Below are positions 26,234 through 35,613 of a stretch of DNA of 64,000 bases, piece after piece. The stretch comes from Omnitrophica bacterium GWA2_41_15 (GTDB taxonomy: Bacteria > Omnitrophota > Gorgyraeia > Gygaellales > UBA12090). The notes beneath the pieces were generated by a model. That model saw nothing but the letters and a program-made list of their open reading frames with translations, was not told the DNA's origin and ran no database searches. A program made the position numbers and the translations under genes. The DNA lies in assembly GCA_919902675.1 (NCBI GenBank), contig CAKKRH010000016.1:8789-72788 (forward strand), in the 5' to 3' direction. Position 1 is the stretch's first letter, and every line of letters begins with the position of its first letter.

Positions 26234-28330
26234 ATGAATTTATTCTGGTTGGCGCCTTTAGGCTCATGTTTGGCTTTGAGTTTTGTGATATATCTGATTT
26301 TCGGGGTGATTCTGCCTAAAGACCCCGGCACCGACAAAATGCGGGAAATTGCCCGCTATGTATCTGAAGGGGCCTATGCTTATTTAAAAAGGCAGTATTC
26401 AATAGTAGGGATATTTTTCGCGGCAGTCTTCTGCCTGCTCTTGTGGATGGCCCATCAGGGTTATCTGGTTATTTTTGTGCCTTTTGCTTTTTTAAGCGGC
26501 GGTTTCTTTTCCGGCTTATCCGGATTTATCGGAATGACTATCGCCACCAAGGCTTCTAACCGCACCACCTCCGCCGCCCGGACCAGCCTGAATTCGGCCT
26601 TAAGGGTGGCTTTTTCCGCCGGAAGCGTGATGGGTTTTACCGTGGTGGGTTTAGGTTTATTGGATTTGGTCATCTGGTACGGTATTTTAGATTGGTATTA
26701 TTCTACTCATCCTATCGCTGTAGGAATGGATAAAATTTCGGCCATTACTTCAACTATGCTTTGTTTTGGAATGGGGGCATCCAGCCAGGCCCTTTTTGCC
26801 CGGGTAGGGGGAGGAATATTCACCAAGGCCGCGGATGTGGGGGCTGATCTTGTGGGCAAGGTTGAGGCCGGCATTCCGGAGGACGACCCAAGAAATCCGG
26901 CGGTAATTGCCGATAATGTCGGGGATAATGTGGGCGATGTGGCCGGGATGGGGGCGGACCTTTATGAGTCTTATGTGGGTTCAATTGTGGCTACCAGCGC
27001 TCTGGGGGTGGCCGCCGGTTTGGGACTGGCCGGGGTAATCGTGCCGATGGCCATGGCCGGATTAGGAGTAGTGGCTTCAATAATCGGGACATTCTTTGTT
27101 AACACTAAGGAGGACGCCTCCCAAGGGACATTGTTAGCTGCCTTAAGAAGAGGGGTGTTTGTCAGCGCCGGGATTATTCTGGTTACTTCGTTTTTTCTGG
27201 TGAAGTGGACCCTGGGCAGCCATAATTTAGGGTTTTACTGGTCAATCATCTTTGGGCTCCTGTCTGGGATAATCATCGGTATAGTTACTGAATATTATAC
27301 CTCATCCGGCTTTAAACCGACTAAACAGATTGCCGAGTCGGCCTTAACCGGCCCGGCTACGGTAATTATCAGCGGTATTGCCGTGGGTATGCTTTCTACC
27401 CTGGTGCCGGTAATGGTAGTGGGGGCGGCCATATTGGCTTCTTTTTATGTGTCCGGTGGAGCGGTAAATTTTAATTCCGGATTATACGGAATAGCCATAT
27501 CCGCCGTGGGTATGCTCTCTACTCTGGGGATTACCCTGGCTACTGATGCCTACGGCCCGATAGCCGATAACGCCGGAGGGAATGCCCAGATGTCCAATCA
27601 GCCGCCGGAGGTCAGGGCCAGGACCGATGCCCTGGATGCCTTGGGTAATACTACTGCCGCAACCGGTAAAGGCTTTGCCATCGGTTCAGCCGCCCTTACC
27701 GCGCTGGCCTTGATTGCCGCCTATAAAGACCAAGTTTTGCTTTTAGGCAAAGACTTAAAGCTGGATTTGATGGATCCTAGAGTTTTAGTCGGGCTTTTTA
27801 TCGGTGGGATGCTTCCTTATTTATTTTGCTCTTTGACTATGCAGGCAGTGGGCCGGGCTGCGGGCAAGATTGTGCTTGAGGTTAGGAGGCAGTTTAAGGA
27901 AATTAAGGGTTTATTTGAAGGCACGGCCAAGGCCGATTACGCCCGTTGCGTGGGCATAGCTACCTCCGCCGCCCAGAAAGAGATGATCCTACCTTCTTTG
28001 CTTGCGGTATTGGCTCCTATTATCGTGGGCGTGCTTATCGGGCTTGAGGCTGAGGTCGGGCTTTTAGCCGGGGCCCTGGTTTCGGGATTTGTCCTGGCGG
28101 TGATGATGGCTAACTCCGGGGGAGCCTGGGATAACGCCAAGAAATATATTGAGGAGGGTAATCTCGGGGGCAAAGGTTCTCTGCCGCATAAGGCGGCAGT
28201 GGTCGGAGATACCGTGGGTGATCCCTTCAAAGACACCGCCGGACCTTCCTTAAATATCCTGATTAAGCTGATGTCAATGGTTTCCATAGTCTTTGCCGGT
28301 TTTATGATCAAGAACACCTTGATGAAATAA
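26234..28330 (+). CDS. hppA: Membrane-bound proton/sodium-translocating pyrophosphatase
   Basis: 698 aa and polytopic, with [17 protein letters not shown] and [17 protein letters not shown]. Confidence 0.95.
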   Translation: MNLFWLAPLGSCLALSFVIYLIFGVILPKDPGTDKMREIARYVSEGAYAYLKRQYSIVGIFFAAVFCLLLWMAHQGYLVIFVPFAFLSGGFFSGLSGFIGMTIATKASNRTTSAARTSLNSALRVAFSAGSVMGFTVVGLGLLDLVIWYGILDWYYSTHPIAVGMDKISAITSTMLCFGMGASSQALFARVGGGIFTKAADVGADLVGKVEAGIPEDDPRNPAVIADNVGDNVGDVAGMGADLYESYVGSIVATSALGVAAGLGLAGVIVPMAMAGLGVVASIIGTFFVNTKEDASQGTLLAALRRGVFVSAGIILVTSFFLVKWTLGSHNLGFYWSIIFGLLSGIIIGIVTEYYTSSGFKPTKQIAESALTGPATVIISGIAVGMLSTLVPVMVVGAAILASFYVSGGAVNFNSGLYGIAISAVGMLSTLGITLATDAYGPIADNAGGNAQMSNQPPEVRARTDALDALGNTTAATGKGFAIGSAALTALALIAAYKDQVLLLGKDLKLDLMDPRVLVGLFIGGMLPYLFCSLTMQAVGRAAGKIVLEVRRQFKEIKGLFEGTAKADYARCVGIATSAAQKEMILPSLLAVLAPIIVGVLIGLEAEVGLLAGALVSGFVLAVMMANSGGAWDNAKKYIEEGNLGGKGSLPHKAAVVGDTVGDPFKDTAGPSLNILIKLMSMVSIVFAGFMIKNTLMK

Positions 28331-28348
28331 CGGGGATTAATTACTCTA

Positions 28349-29515
28349 ATGAAAGATAGTATCGCTAAAAAAGTCCGGGATATGCGGCCTTCGGGGATAA
28401 GGGCGTTTTTTGACCTGGTGCTGGGGATGAAGGATGTTATATCTTTGGGGGTGGGCGAGCCGGATTTTGCCACTCCCTGGAGCATCCGGGAATCAGCGAT
28501 ATTCTCTCTGGAACAGGGTTGGACCAGCTATACCTCAAATAAGGGCCTGATGAAACTGAGGATGAGTATTTCCCGTTTTCTTAAGCACCATCACGGACTC
28601 GCTTATAATCCTGAGGATGAAATTTTAGTAACTGTGGGGGTGAGCGAGGCCCTGGATCTGGCGGCGCGCGCGATTTTAAATCCCGCAGATAAGGTCTTGA
28701 TTCCTGAACCTTGTTATGTTTCCTATGGCCCGGTAAGCGCTTTAGCCGGGGGAGAGCCGGTGTATATCTCAACCGCCAAGTCTAATTTTAAACTCCGGCC
28801 GGCGGATATCGAGAAAAACTGTGATGCTAAAACCAAAGCTATAATTTTTAATTATCCCTCTAATCCTACGGGAGTTTCTTATACCAAGAAGGAATTAGAG
28901 GAAATCAAAAAGGCAGTTTTAAAACATAATCTGATTATGATCAGCGATGAGGTGTATGATGAGCTGACCTATGATTTTAAACATGTTCCTTTCGCCTCGC
29001 TATCCGGAGCAAAAAACAATACCCTTTATCTGAACGGTTTTTCTAAAAGCTACGCCATGACCGGCTGGCGGGTGGGATATGCCTGCGGCCCCAAAGAGAT
29101 AATCGCGGCAATGACCAAGATTCATCAGTATACCATTATGTGCGTGTCCACAATCAGCCAGATGGCATCCTGTGAGGCTTTGCAAGGAGCCGGTAAAGCG
29201 GTTAGTGAAATGAGGCGGGAATACCAGAGGAGGAGAGAGCTTGTGGTAGATGGCCTAAACCGGATGGGGCTAAAGTGCCTTAAGCCCCAGGGGGCCTTTT
29301 ACGCCTTTGCCTGCGTAGAAAGCACAGGCTTAAGCTCAATGGATTTTTGCTCCCGGCTTCTCAAGGAACAGAAGGTGGCGGTGGTTCCGGGAAATGCCTT
29401 TGGAGATTCGGGAGAAGGCTATATCCGGATTTCCTACGCCTCAAGCCTGGAGAACCTGCGCGAGGCTTTAAGCAGGATAGAGGTGTTTTTAAAGAAGTTA
29501 GAGGTTGGGAGTTAG
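28349..29515 (+). CDS. Class I/II PLP-dependent aminotransferase (aspartate aminotransferase-like)
   Basis: NYPSNPTG and the PLP-lysine block [16 protein letters not shown]. The last codons and the stop lie inside a heptamer array. Confidence 0.85.
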   Translation: MKDSIAKKVRDMRPSGIRAFFDLVLGMKDVISLGVGEPDFATPWSIRESAIFSLEQGWTSYTSNKGLMKLRMSISRFLKHHHGLAYNPEDEILVTVGVSEALDLAARAILNPADKVLIPEPCYVSYGPVSALAGGEPVYISTAKSNFKLRPADIEKNCDAKTKAIIFNYPSNPTGVSYTKKELEEIKKAVLKHNLIMISDEVYDELTYDFKHVPFASLSGAKNNTLYLNGFSKSYAMTGWRVGYACGPKEIIAAMTKIHQYTIMCVSTISQMASCEALQGAGKAVSEMRREYQRRRELVVDGLNRMGLKCLKPQGAFYAFACVESTGLSSMDFCSRLLKEQKVAVVPGNAFGDSGEGYIRISYASSLENLREALSRIEVFLKKLEVGS

Positions 29516-29538
29516 AAGTTAGGGGCGGGAGGTTGATG
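29497..29538 (+). repeat. Direct array of 6 GTTNNNN heptamers spanning the aminotransferase C-terminus and stop
   Basis: gttagag gttggga gttagaa gttaggg gcgggag gttgatg. The stop TAG (29513-29515) lies in unit 3. Confidence 0.8.
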
Positions 29539-29550
29539 GAAAGGGCATAG

Positions 29551-29997
29551 ATGATGTTAGAAGAGAAGATATTGGAAGATTTTAAGAAGGCGATGAAAGA
29601 CAAGGACGCGCCAAGGGTTTCCACCTTAAGTTTCTTGAGGTCAGAATTGAAGAATATCGCTATTGAGAAGAGGGCGGAAAAACTTGAGGATGTTGATGTC
29701 CTGACGGCCATAAAAAAACAGATAAAACAGCGCCAGGATTCTATCGAGCAGTTTAGGGCCGGCTCCAGGGCGGATCTTGTGGAGAAAGAAAGCAAAGAAC
29801 TGGAGATTCTAAGATCCTATTTGCCTGAGCAGCTGTCTGAAGGTAAGATAAAAGAGATAATTGACCAGGTGGTAACCTCGATTGGCGCCAAGACCGCCCA
29901 GGATATGGGAAAGGTGATGAAAGAATTACTGCCTAAGCTTTCAGGAAGAGCGGATAATAAATTAGTCAGTGAACTGGTAAAGCAAAGATTACATTAA
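29551..29997 (+). CDS. GatB/YqeY domain protein
   Basis: 148 aa with the typical YqeY layout (…DFKKAMKDKD…LSFLRSELKN…IKKQIKQRQDSIEQF…). Confidence 0.75.
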   Translation: MMLEEKILEDFKKAMKDKDAPRVSTLSFLRSELKNIAIEKRAEKLEDVDVLTAIKKQIKQRQDSIEQFRAGSRADLVEKESKELEILRSYLPEQLSEGKIKEIIDQVVTSIGAKTAQDMGKVMKELLPKLSGRADNKLVSELVKQRLH

Positions 29998-30003
29998 ATA
30001 AGC

Positions 30004-30059
30004 CTTCAGCTGTCAGCCTTCAGCTTTCAGCTGAGAGCTGATAACTGAAAGCCGACAGC
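30004..30059 (+). repeat. Heptamer-phased intercistronic hairpin (diverged copy)
   Basis: cttcagc tgtcagc cttcagc tttcagc | tgagagc tgataac tgaaagc cgacagc. It is preceded by TAAATAAGC and followed by tgataa + ATG 30066. Confidence 0.8.
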
Positions 30060-30065
30060 TGATAA

Positions 30066-30365
30066 ATGTCTACTATACGTAAATTGGTTGAGGAGTCGCA
30101 TAAAATCGCCCGGGAAAAAGGCTGGTGGCAGAACGAAAGGAATGATGCCGAGTTGATCGCTCTTATGCATTCGGAGCTTTCCGAGGCCCTGGAGGCGATG
30201 CGCAATCACGCCAGGACCGAAGAAGTTGCCGAGGAACTGGCAGACTGCTGTATCCGGATATTTGATTATTGCGGGGCCCGCGGCATAGACCTGCAGGGCG
30301 CGATTAAAAAGAAGATAGCCAAAAACCGCGCCCGGCCCTATCGCCACGGGAATAAGAAGTTTTAA
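30066..30365 (+). CDS. Small MazG-like nucleotide pyrophosphohydrolase
   Basis: 99 aa, with LMHSELSEALEA and EELADCCIRIFDY (E-x2-E…E-x2-D metal motif). Confidence 0.6.
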   Translation: MSTIRKLVEESHKIAREKGWWQNERNDAELIALMHSELSEALEAMRNHARTEEVAEELADCCIRIFDYCGARGIDLQGAIKKKIAKNRARPYRHGNKKF

Positions 30366-30448
30366 CCAGCATGGAACATCACGTGTAACTACGCAATATA
30401 ATTTGTGCGTGGTTCCGCGTCTAGTTCCGCGCAATTTCTGCGATTTAA

Positions 30449-30742
30449 ATGTTTATTCACTCCATATTATTCGAGATCGCGCCTGAAGAACAGGCAAAAT
30501 ACAAGCAAGACTGCAAGATGTGGGCCGCTTATGCCGCAAAGGCCAAAGGTTTTATCCGTTATATGACCGTGAAGCGGCTTGACCATAAGAATCAATTCGC
30601 CTCGGTTTATGAATGGAGGGCGAAAAGCCTTCACCAGGCCTTTATGAAAAAATACCATGATTGGCTGGTGGGTAAATCCCTGGCCAGGGTTAAGGTTTTG
30701 GGGTACTATAATCTTAAGACAATAGATGAAATTATTAGATAA
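30449..30742 (+). CDS. Antibiotic-biosynthesis-monooxygenase-like (Dabb fold) small protein
   Basis: 97 aa. Size and pattern (IHSILFEI…FIRYMTVKRLD…FASVYEWRAKSLHQAF) fit the ABM domain. Weak call. Confidence 0.4.
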   Translation: MFIHSILFEIAPEEQAKYKQDCKMWAAYAAKAKGFIRYMTVKRLDHKNQFASVYEWRAKSLHQAFMKKYHDWLVGKSLARVKVLGYYNLKTIDEIIR

Positions 30743-30750
30743 ATACAAAA

Positions 30751-30868
30751 TAAACCCTAAACCCTAAATCCGAAACCATAAACAAACTCAAATGTTTAAA
30801 AACCCAAAACAAAAAAACATAAAATTCTTGTATTGTGGGTTTATGACTTTGGATTTGTTTAGAATTTT
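30751..30868 (+). repeat. CTAAACAAA-core long hairpin element (copy D, after ABM-like ORF)
   Basis: taaaccc taaaccc taaatcc gaaacca taaacaa actcaaatgt … ggatttgtttagaatttt. Confidence 0.75.
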
Positions 30869-30942
30869 CCCACCTATAGTCAATCAGAAGGCGGGATCTC
30901 GCTCTGGCGAGAAGAGTTTAGCGTTTATTTTGAGTAACCGCG

Positions 30943-31734
30943 ATGTCTGACGCGAAATGTCCGGGGCAGAATCCCCAATATTGGAAGCCGGAAGATGCCT
31001 TTGAGGTTAGCTGTCCTAATTGTAAGGAAATAGTTGAGTTCTTTAAGGATGAACCCAAGAGGCGATGCCACAACTGTAAGCAGGAGGTAATTAATCCCAA
31101 GGTTGATTTTGGCTGCGCCCTTTGGTGCCCTAAAGCGGTTGACTGTATCGGAGAGGCGCGTTATCAACAATTATTGGCCGCGGCCAAGACTCAACCCAAA
31201 CAGGATAAATACCGGACCAAAAAAGACCTTTTACTTTTTGAGATGGAAAAGTATTTCGCGGCTGATGAGCGCCGGATAAACCACGCCAGGAAGGTCCTGG
31301 AATTCGCTGAGCAGCTGCTTGAAAAAGAGCAGGCCGATCCCCTGGTGGTTATTTCCGCGGCCATACTCCATGATATAGGCATACATAAGGCCGAGGAAAA
31401 ATATAAAAGTTCAGCCGGGAATTATCAGGAGATAGAGGGGCCTCCCATTGCCAAGGCTATTATGGAGAAGCTCCAGTTTAAAAAAGAGATAATTGGCGAG
31501 GTCTGTGAGATTGTTGCTCATCATCATTCTCCGGGTAAGGTTGATACCCTTAACTTTAAGGTGCTTTATGACGCGGACTGGTTAGTTAACCTCAGGGACG
31601 AGTGTGCCGCCGGCAATAAAAATAAACTGGCTGAAATAATAGATAGGGTATTTCTTACCCGCAGCGGGAAAGAAATAGCCAGGCGGCTTTATGTAGGGGC
31701 GGGTTTAGAGTCTACCCCTACCGATGATGACTAA
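30943..31734 (+). CDS. Zinc-ribbon + HD-domain phosphohydrolase
   Basis: The N-terminus has CPNC…CHNC plus further Cys. The HD domain has HARKVL…AAILHDIG…VAHHHSPG…YDADWL. Confidence 0.65.
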   Translation: MSDAKCPGQNPQYWKPEDAFEVSCPNCKEIVEFFKDEPKRRCHNCKQEVINPKVDFGCALWCPKAVDCIGEARYQQLLAAAKTQPKQDKYRTKKDLLLFEMEKYFAADERRINHARKVLEFAEQLLEKEQADPLVVISAAILHDIGIHKAEEKYKSSAGNYQEIEGPPIAKAIMEKLQFKKEIIGEVCEIVAHHHSPGKVDTLNFKVLYDADWLVNLRDECAAGNKNKLAEIIDRVFLTRSGKEIARRLYVGAGLESTPTDDD

Positions 31735-33688
31735 AGAAGAGGCTTTGCGCGACTTTCTGGCCAGCCTTAAAACCTCGCTGAACAATGCCGCGGTTTATTT
31801 TAAAGACCATCCTGTTTTTTTGAAATCCGCCGAAGACCTAAAAGCAAAAGCGGATTCACTCCTTGTCTTTCTTAACCCCATAAAAATCGGCATCAGCCCG
31901 AATTCGCTCTTCATAGACGGTAAGAATTGGGAAAAGTCCGGCCTGTCTAAAGAATTAGCCTCATTTCTTCATTTCCGTAAAGTCGAAACAATAGAGATAA
32001 AAAGCGGTGTCAGCTTCAAGGAGCTGATTTTTTTTATTTCCAAGGTTTCTTTGGCTCCGAAAGAGATTCTTAAAGAAGGCGGAATAGAGGCTATTCTCAA
32101 GAAAGAAAATTTGTCATATATTCTGGCGAAGGGATTGGATTATTCCCGTCTCTTAGGGGCCCAGGGAAAGGAACATAAGGATGTCTGGATTCATATGTTT
32201 CAGGAGGCCGCCGAGAAGGGAACTCCTGAGGATATATCCGGCTTGGCGGATAACTTCGGTAAGATTATAGAGAAATTTAAGGTCAATGATCTTTTAGAAA
32301 ACGAGGATTTACGCGAAAACATCCATAATTTTCTCAACTATTTAAAGGATGAAGCAAGAGATAAATTCAACGCCTGCTTAAGGGAGATGGCTAATTTGAT
32401 TTTGAGGGATAAGACCATATTTAAAACAGATCAGTTGGGGACACTGCGGGTATTTTTTAAAGACTTAAGCGGTGATGAATTTAGCGGTATTTTATGGGAG
32501 GCGGCGGTTTCGAATAAAGATTTTGACGCCCTTAGTTTTGAGTTACTATCCTCATTTTTGGATAAAAATCAGCATGAGCGCGCCGCTTCGTCATTGGCCG
32601 ATAAAATCAAAACCAAAAATCCACCGGAGGTTAATCCCCAGGCGGTAAAAAGGCTTAAGGAGCTTTTCTTTGCCGCCAAGGATCAAACGCGAGCTTACGA
32701 CCCCTACCGTAAAAACCTGGAATTCTTATTTAAAAATACTTTTTTTGAAGAGGCCGGTTCTCGCGGCCTCGACTTGGAATCCACGCGCGCGAGTTATCAG
32801 TTTCTTATCCTTAATTCGCTTATAGGGGAAAAGAATAAAACAAAATTAAGCCTGCTTAAAGATTTGGTTAAAGAGGAGCTTGATTCCGTGATAAAAAACA
32901 AAGACACGGAGTTCTTAAGGCATTTTCTGGAAATCTGCGAGAGGAGGAGGAAGGAATCAAGTTTCTCCGGCATATTTGATCCGATAAAGAATGACGCTCT
33001 TTCATCTATTGAAAATATTATTTTTCAAGGCGCGCCTCGCGGGGAATTTGAGGGTTTTTTAAATCTGCTGAACAGGAGTTTTTTGGGCGAGCGGTATTAT
33101 CTGGATAAAATATTTAATGAAAACAGAATAGGTTCCGGAATTTTTAAAATGTATTTTAAATTCTTCCCGGAGGCGCTGAATGTTTTCTATGACAATTTAA
33201 AGAAAAAGCCACCCGACACCGAATTCTTAAAAAATCTAATTGAAGCTGTCCAGGAAATTCGCTCAGGCCTAAGTTTAGAGATATTAAAAAATATTTTTTC
33301 CTTCTCGCATAGTTTGATAAAACTGGAGATACTTAAGGCTATGCGAAAGCTGCCGGAGCGGGATGAAAATTTCTTATTCTCCATTCTTAAGGAAGAAAAT
33401 GTTTTTTTAAGGAAAGAAGCGCTTGGAGTTTTAGTATGCAAGGAAGGCCCGGGAAGCGAAGCCGGCCAAAATAACGCGGTGGCTAGAGCCTTAAAATTGC
33501 TTTTGGACGTGCCGGATTCCTGGGGAAGAAAGAATAAGGTTTTAGAAGAGAATATTGATATTGTGGTTGAAGATGGCCTGGCCACACAGGCGAGCGATTT
33601 TCTGCTTACTTTAAGCGGGAGGGGATTCTTCTGGAGTAAGAAGGTCAGGGAAAAGGCTAAGGCCGCTTTGGAGAGTTTACTGGAATGA
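31724..33688 (+). CDS. Hypothetical 654-aa helical protein; N-terminal domain shared with the HD-GYP ORF and with the GGDEF-STAND ORF; HEAT-like C-terminus
   Basis: The long ORF overlaps the upstream gene by 11 nt. N-terminal ~110 aa: LRDFLASLKTSLNNAAVYFKDHP…VETIEIKSGVSFKELIFFISKV. The C-terminus has LEILKAMRKLPERDENFLFSILKEENVFLRKEALGVLV. Confidence 0.6.
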   Translation: MMTKEEALRDFLASLKTSLNNAAVYFKDHPVFLKSAEDLKAKADSLLVFLNPIKIGISPNSLFIDGKNWEKSGLSKELASFLHFRKVETIEIKSGVSFKELIFFISKVSLAPKEILKEGGIEAILKKENLSYILAKGLDYSRLLGAQGKEHKDVWIHMFQEAAEKGTPEDISGLADNFGKIIEKFKVNDLLENEDLRENIHNFLNYLKDEARDKFNACLREMANLILRDKTIFKTDQLGTLRVFFKDLSGDEFSGILWEAAVSNKDFDALSFELLSSFLDKNQHERAASSLADKIKTKNPPEVNPQAVKRLKELFFAAKDQTRAYDPYRKNLEFLFKNTFFEEAGSRGLDLESTRASYQFLILNSLIGEKNKTKLSLLKDLVKEELDSVIKNKDTEFLRHFLEICERRRKESSFSGIFDPIKNDALSSIENIIFQGAPRGEFEGFLNLLNRSFLGERYYLDKIFNENRIGSGIFKMYFKFFPEALNVFYDNLKKKPPDTEFLKNLIEAVQEIRSGLSLEILKNIFSFSHSLIKLEILKAMRKLPERDENFLFSILKEENVFLRKEALGVLVCKEGPGSEAGQNNAVARALKLLLDVPDSWGRKNKVLEENIDIVVEDGLATQASDFLLTLSGRGFFWSKKVREKAKAALESLLE

Positions 33689-33743
33689 CACGGCGCGTCA
33701 TCCGCCTGATTGAGCCGGGTAGGATTTCAAGGAAGGGTTAGAT

Positions 33744-35084
33744 ATGGCAGAAGCCATTGAAGATTCATTAAGAAACTTGATTTCATCTTTGCAGTCAGCC
33801 AAGATATATCCTTTAGAACATCCTAAGTTTAAGGAGTCTCTGGAGAACGCGCATAACAGTCTGCGGAATCTTTTGGAGGAGAGAAACGAGCTGGTAATCG
33901 GAATTATCGGCGAGGAGCTTGCTTTTGAGAAAGAAATATTCTTTGATTTAAGCAAGTCGGTTAAGCCTTTTATCCAGTATTTAAAGGAAAGAGGGATTGA
34001 GAGGATTGCCTTTACCCGCGGCATTACTAAAGAAGAATTGTCGGGTTTCATCATATTTTTAATAACCCCCAAGGAAAATTTCGGCCCCGGAGTCCAGGAG
34101 TATTTGTTGAATAAAGGAATAAAGAATATAGCCATCGGTAAAATAAAGGCCGGGGATAACTCTTTAAGAAAAGAAGTCCTGGATTCGGTAAATTATTTAA
34201 GGCAGTATGAAGATTCTTTAAGCAGGATTTCCGTCTCCTTGGATGCTATTGTAAAAAATGAGGCATTTGATTATCCGCAGTTAAAATATACGCTGGGCAA
34301 TATGATGGAGAATTTATTCAAGAGTTATCAGGAATTCCTGAAACTTGCCGCCTTGAAAAGGCACGATATAAGCACATTTGTCCATCTTTTGAATACGGCT
34401 GTATTGTCTATGTATTTTTCTTTCCGTCTCGGCTTTAATAAAGACGATGTGTTGAATATCGGCATGGCCGCGTTATTCCATGATATCGGAAAGATTTACG
34501 TATCCGGGCAGGTAATCAAAAGCCCGGATAAGCTTAGCGATGAAGAATTTGAGATGATGAAAAGCCACACTGAGCTGGGTTCGGATATACTTTTAAGGCA
34601 TACCCGGCAATTAGGAGTCCTTCCGGCAATAGTCGCCTTTGAGCATCATCTCAGGTATGACCTTAAGGGTTACCCTAAGCTTTATTTCGCCGGCCGGCCT
34701 CATATTGCTTCCTTGATTGTTTCACTATGCGATGTTTACGATGCCCTTAACGCCAGGAGAAGCTATAAGAAGAGCTACCCCCCGGAGTTTATTTATAGTC
34801 TGATGCTTAAAGAAAAAGGCAAGATGTTTGAGCCTGAACTCCTGGATAAGCTTTTTATGATAATGGGTGTGTGGCCGGTAGGCGCGATTGTTTCTTTGAC
34901 CGATAAATCCGTGGCCATAGTCCGGCAAGAAAATGAAGATGATATATTTTACCCTAAAGTAGAGGTAGTTTTTCCTTTTGATAAAAGCGGGCCCATTGAC
35001 TTAAGAATGAAGAAAGAAGAGTTAAAAATAGAATACGCCCTTGACGCCCAAGGCGAAGGAAAAAAGTATTATCATTTGGTTTGA
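33744..35084 (+). CDS. HD-GYP domain c-di-GMP phosphodiesterase-type protein
   Basis: AALFHDIGK, KSHTELG and AFEHHLRYDLKGYPK (HD…HH…GYP). The N-terminal domain is homologous to that of the 31724 ORF. Confidence 0.85.
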   Translation: MAEAIEDSLRNLISSLQSAKIYPLEHPKFKESLENAHNSLRNLLEERNELVIGIIGEELAFEKEIFFDLSKSVKPFIQYLKERGIERIAFTRGITKEELSGFIIFLITPKENFGPGVQEYLLNKGIKNIAIGKIKAGDNSLRKEVLDSVNYLRQYEDSLSRISVSLDAIVKNEAFDYPQLKYTLGNMMENLFKSYQEFLKLAALKRHDISTFVHLLNTAVLSMYFSFRLGFNKDDVLNIGMAALFHDIGKIYVSGQVIKSPDKLSDEEFEMMKSHTELGSDILLRHTRQLGVLPAIVAFEHHLRYDLKGYPKLYFAGRPHIASLIVSLCDVYDALNARRSYKKSYPPEFIYSLMLKEKGKMFEPELLDKLFMIMGVWPVGAIVSLTDKSVAIVRQENEDDIFYPKVEVVFPFDKSGPIDLRMKKEELKIEYALDAQGEGKKYYHLV

Positions 35085-35108
35085 CTCATAACATTGTCCC
35101 CGGTCAAT

Positions 35109-35250
35109 CAGATTGTGTCATAATAGCCTTTTGTGTCATTGCGAGGTCGCCGAAGGCGACCGTGGCAATCTTACTTGCGACGATGTCTGAATTAAAGATT
35201 GCTTCGCTACGCTCGCAATGACACGCATTTTACTATTATGACACAGTCTG
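35109..35250. repeat. Nested inverted-repeat element (MITE-like or structured RNA)
   Basis: Outer arms cagattgtgtcataatag / ctattatgacacagtctg. Inner arms gtgtcattgcgag / ctcgcaatgacac. Apical pairs gtcgccgaaggcgac and ggcaatctt/aagattgc. Confidence 0.7.
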
Positions 35251-35281
35251 AATGTGGGTAGCGGAAATTTCCACTTCGGAC

Positions 35282-35336
35282 TAGGCGGGACATTCTTGTC
35301 CCGCCGTCGGGGCGGGGTTAGAAAACCCCGCCTATC
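35282..35336 (+). repeat. GC-rich double-hairpin repeat, copy 2
   Basis: taggcgggacattcttgtcccgccgtcggggcggggttagaaaaccccgcctatcc. Orientation matches copy 1, and only the inter-hairpin linker differs. Confidence 0.85.
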
Positions 35337-35380
35337 CTGAGTTCTGTAATAACTTTTTATTGACACATTTATAATTTCTC

Positions 35381-35408
35381 TTGACAAAAATTATTTATGT
35401 GGTATATT
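35381..35408 (+). promoter_or_regulatory. Sigma-70-type promoter with extended -10
   Basis: TTGACA, a 16-nt spacer, then TGgTATATT. It shares the 10-mer atgtggtata with the promoter at 57812. Confidence 0.55.
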
Positions 35409-35414
35409 TAAATT

Positions 35415-35483
35415 AAGAAATTTACAAGGTAGTAATACGCAAAGAGGCGTTTAGATGAGAAGTGCGATCTAAGCGCTTTTTTT
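35415..35483 (+). ncRNA. Candidate ~70-nt promoter-to-terminator transcript (sRNA or first module of the sigma-factor leader)
   Basis: It is bounded by the 35381 promoter and the 35447-35483 terminator. It contains SD-like AAAGAGG plus a 5-codon micro-ORF, ATG AGA AGT GCG ATC TAA (35455-35472), embedded in the terminator stem. Confidence 0.25.
35447..35483 (+). terminator. Rho-independent terminator-like hairpin + U7
   Basis: gcgtttagat / atctaagcgc (one G.U pair) is followed by ttttttt. Confidence 0.6.
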
Positions 35484-35557
35484 ATTGCAACCGCGCAAAT
35501 CGTAGAAAATCTAACAAGTCTTTTCTCGCGCGCCTTTAGCGGTTAGGGGATAAAGAA

Positions 35558-35608
35558 GTCCCAAATATAGCTAAGAAAGTAAAAGCTGTGTTTGGGATTT
35601 TTATTTTT
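35558..35608 (+). terminator. Terminator/attenuator-like hairpin + T-rich run immediately upstream of the sigma-factor ATG
   Basis: gtcccaaatatagct / agctgtgtttgggat is ~15 bp including G.U pairs. It is followed by ttttatttttaaaat and ATG 35614. Confidence 0.5.
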
Positions 35609-35613
35609 AAAAT

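Noticed and set aside
27937-28485. 182-aa antisense ORF opposite hppA. Similar antisense or alternate-frame ORFs occur in the track (e.g. 1123..1560, 12100..12474, 29361..29795, 30027..30434, 33698..34135, 41535..41846, 45766..46110, 46310..46723, 49703..50134, 55996..56361, 57350..57781, 62193..62534, 62569..62937).
   Set aside because: All lie inside or opposite ORFs with strong family signatures. They have low-complexity, Arg/Ser/Pro-rich translations and no motifs. They are shadow ORFs.
30751-30775. CCCTAAA/TTTAGGG words resembling plant-type telomeric repeats (also at 16572 and 45561)
   Set aside because: There are only 1-2 units. They are embedded in heptamer arrays with other unit sequences and are paired with a complementary arm. 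The context is a gene-dense bacterial chromosome.
35136-35387. 83-aa minus-strand ORF in the HD-GYP/sigma intergenic island
   Set aside because: It is composed entirely of the nested inverted repeat and the GC double-hairpin repeat (the VIASVAKQS-type peptide typical of translated dispersed repeats). It has no start context.
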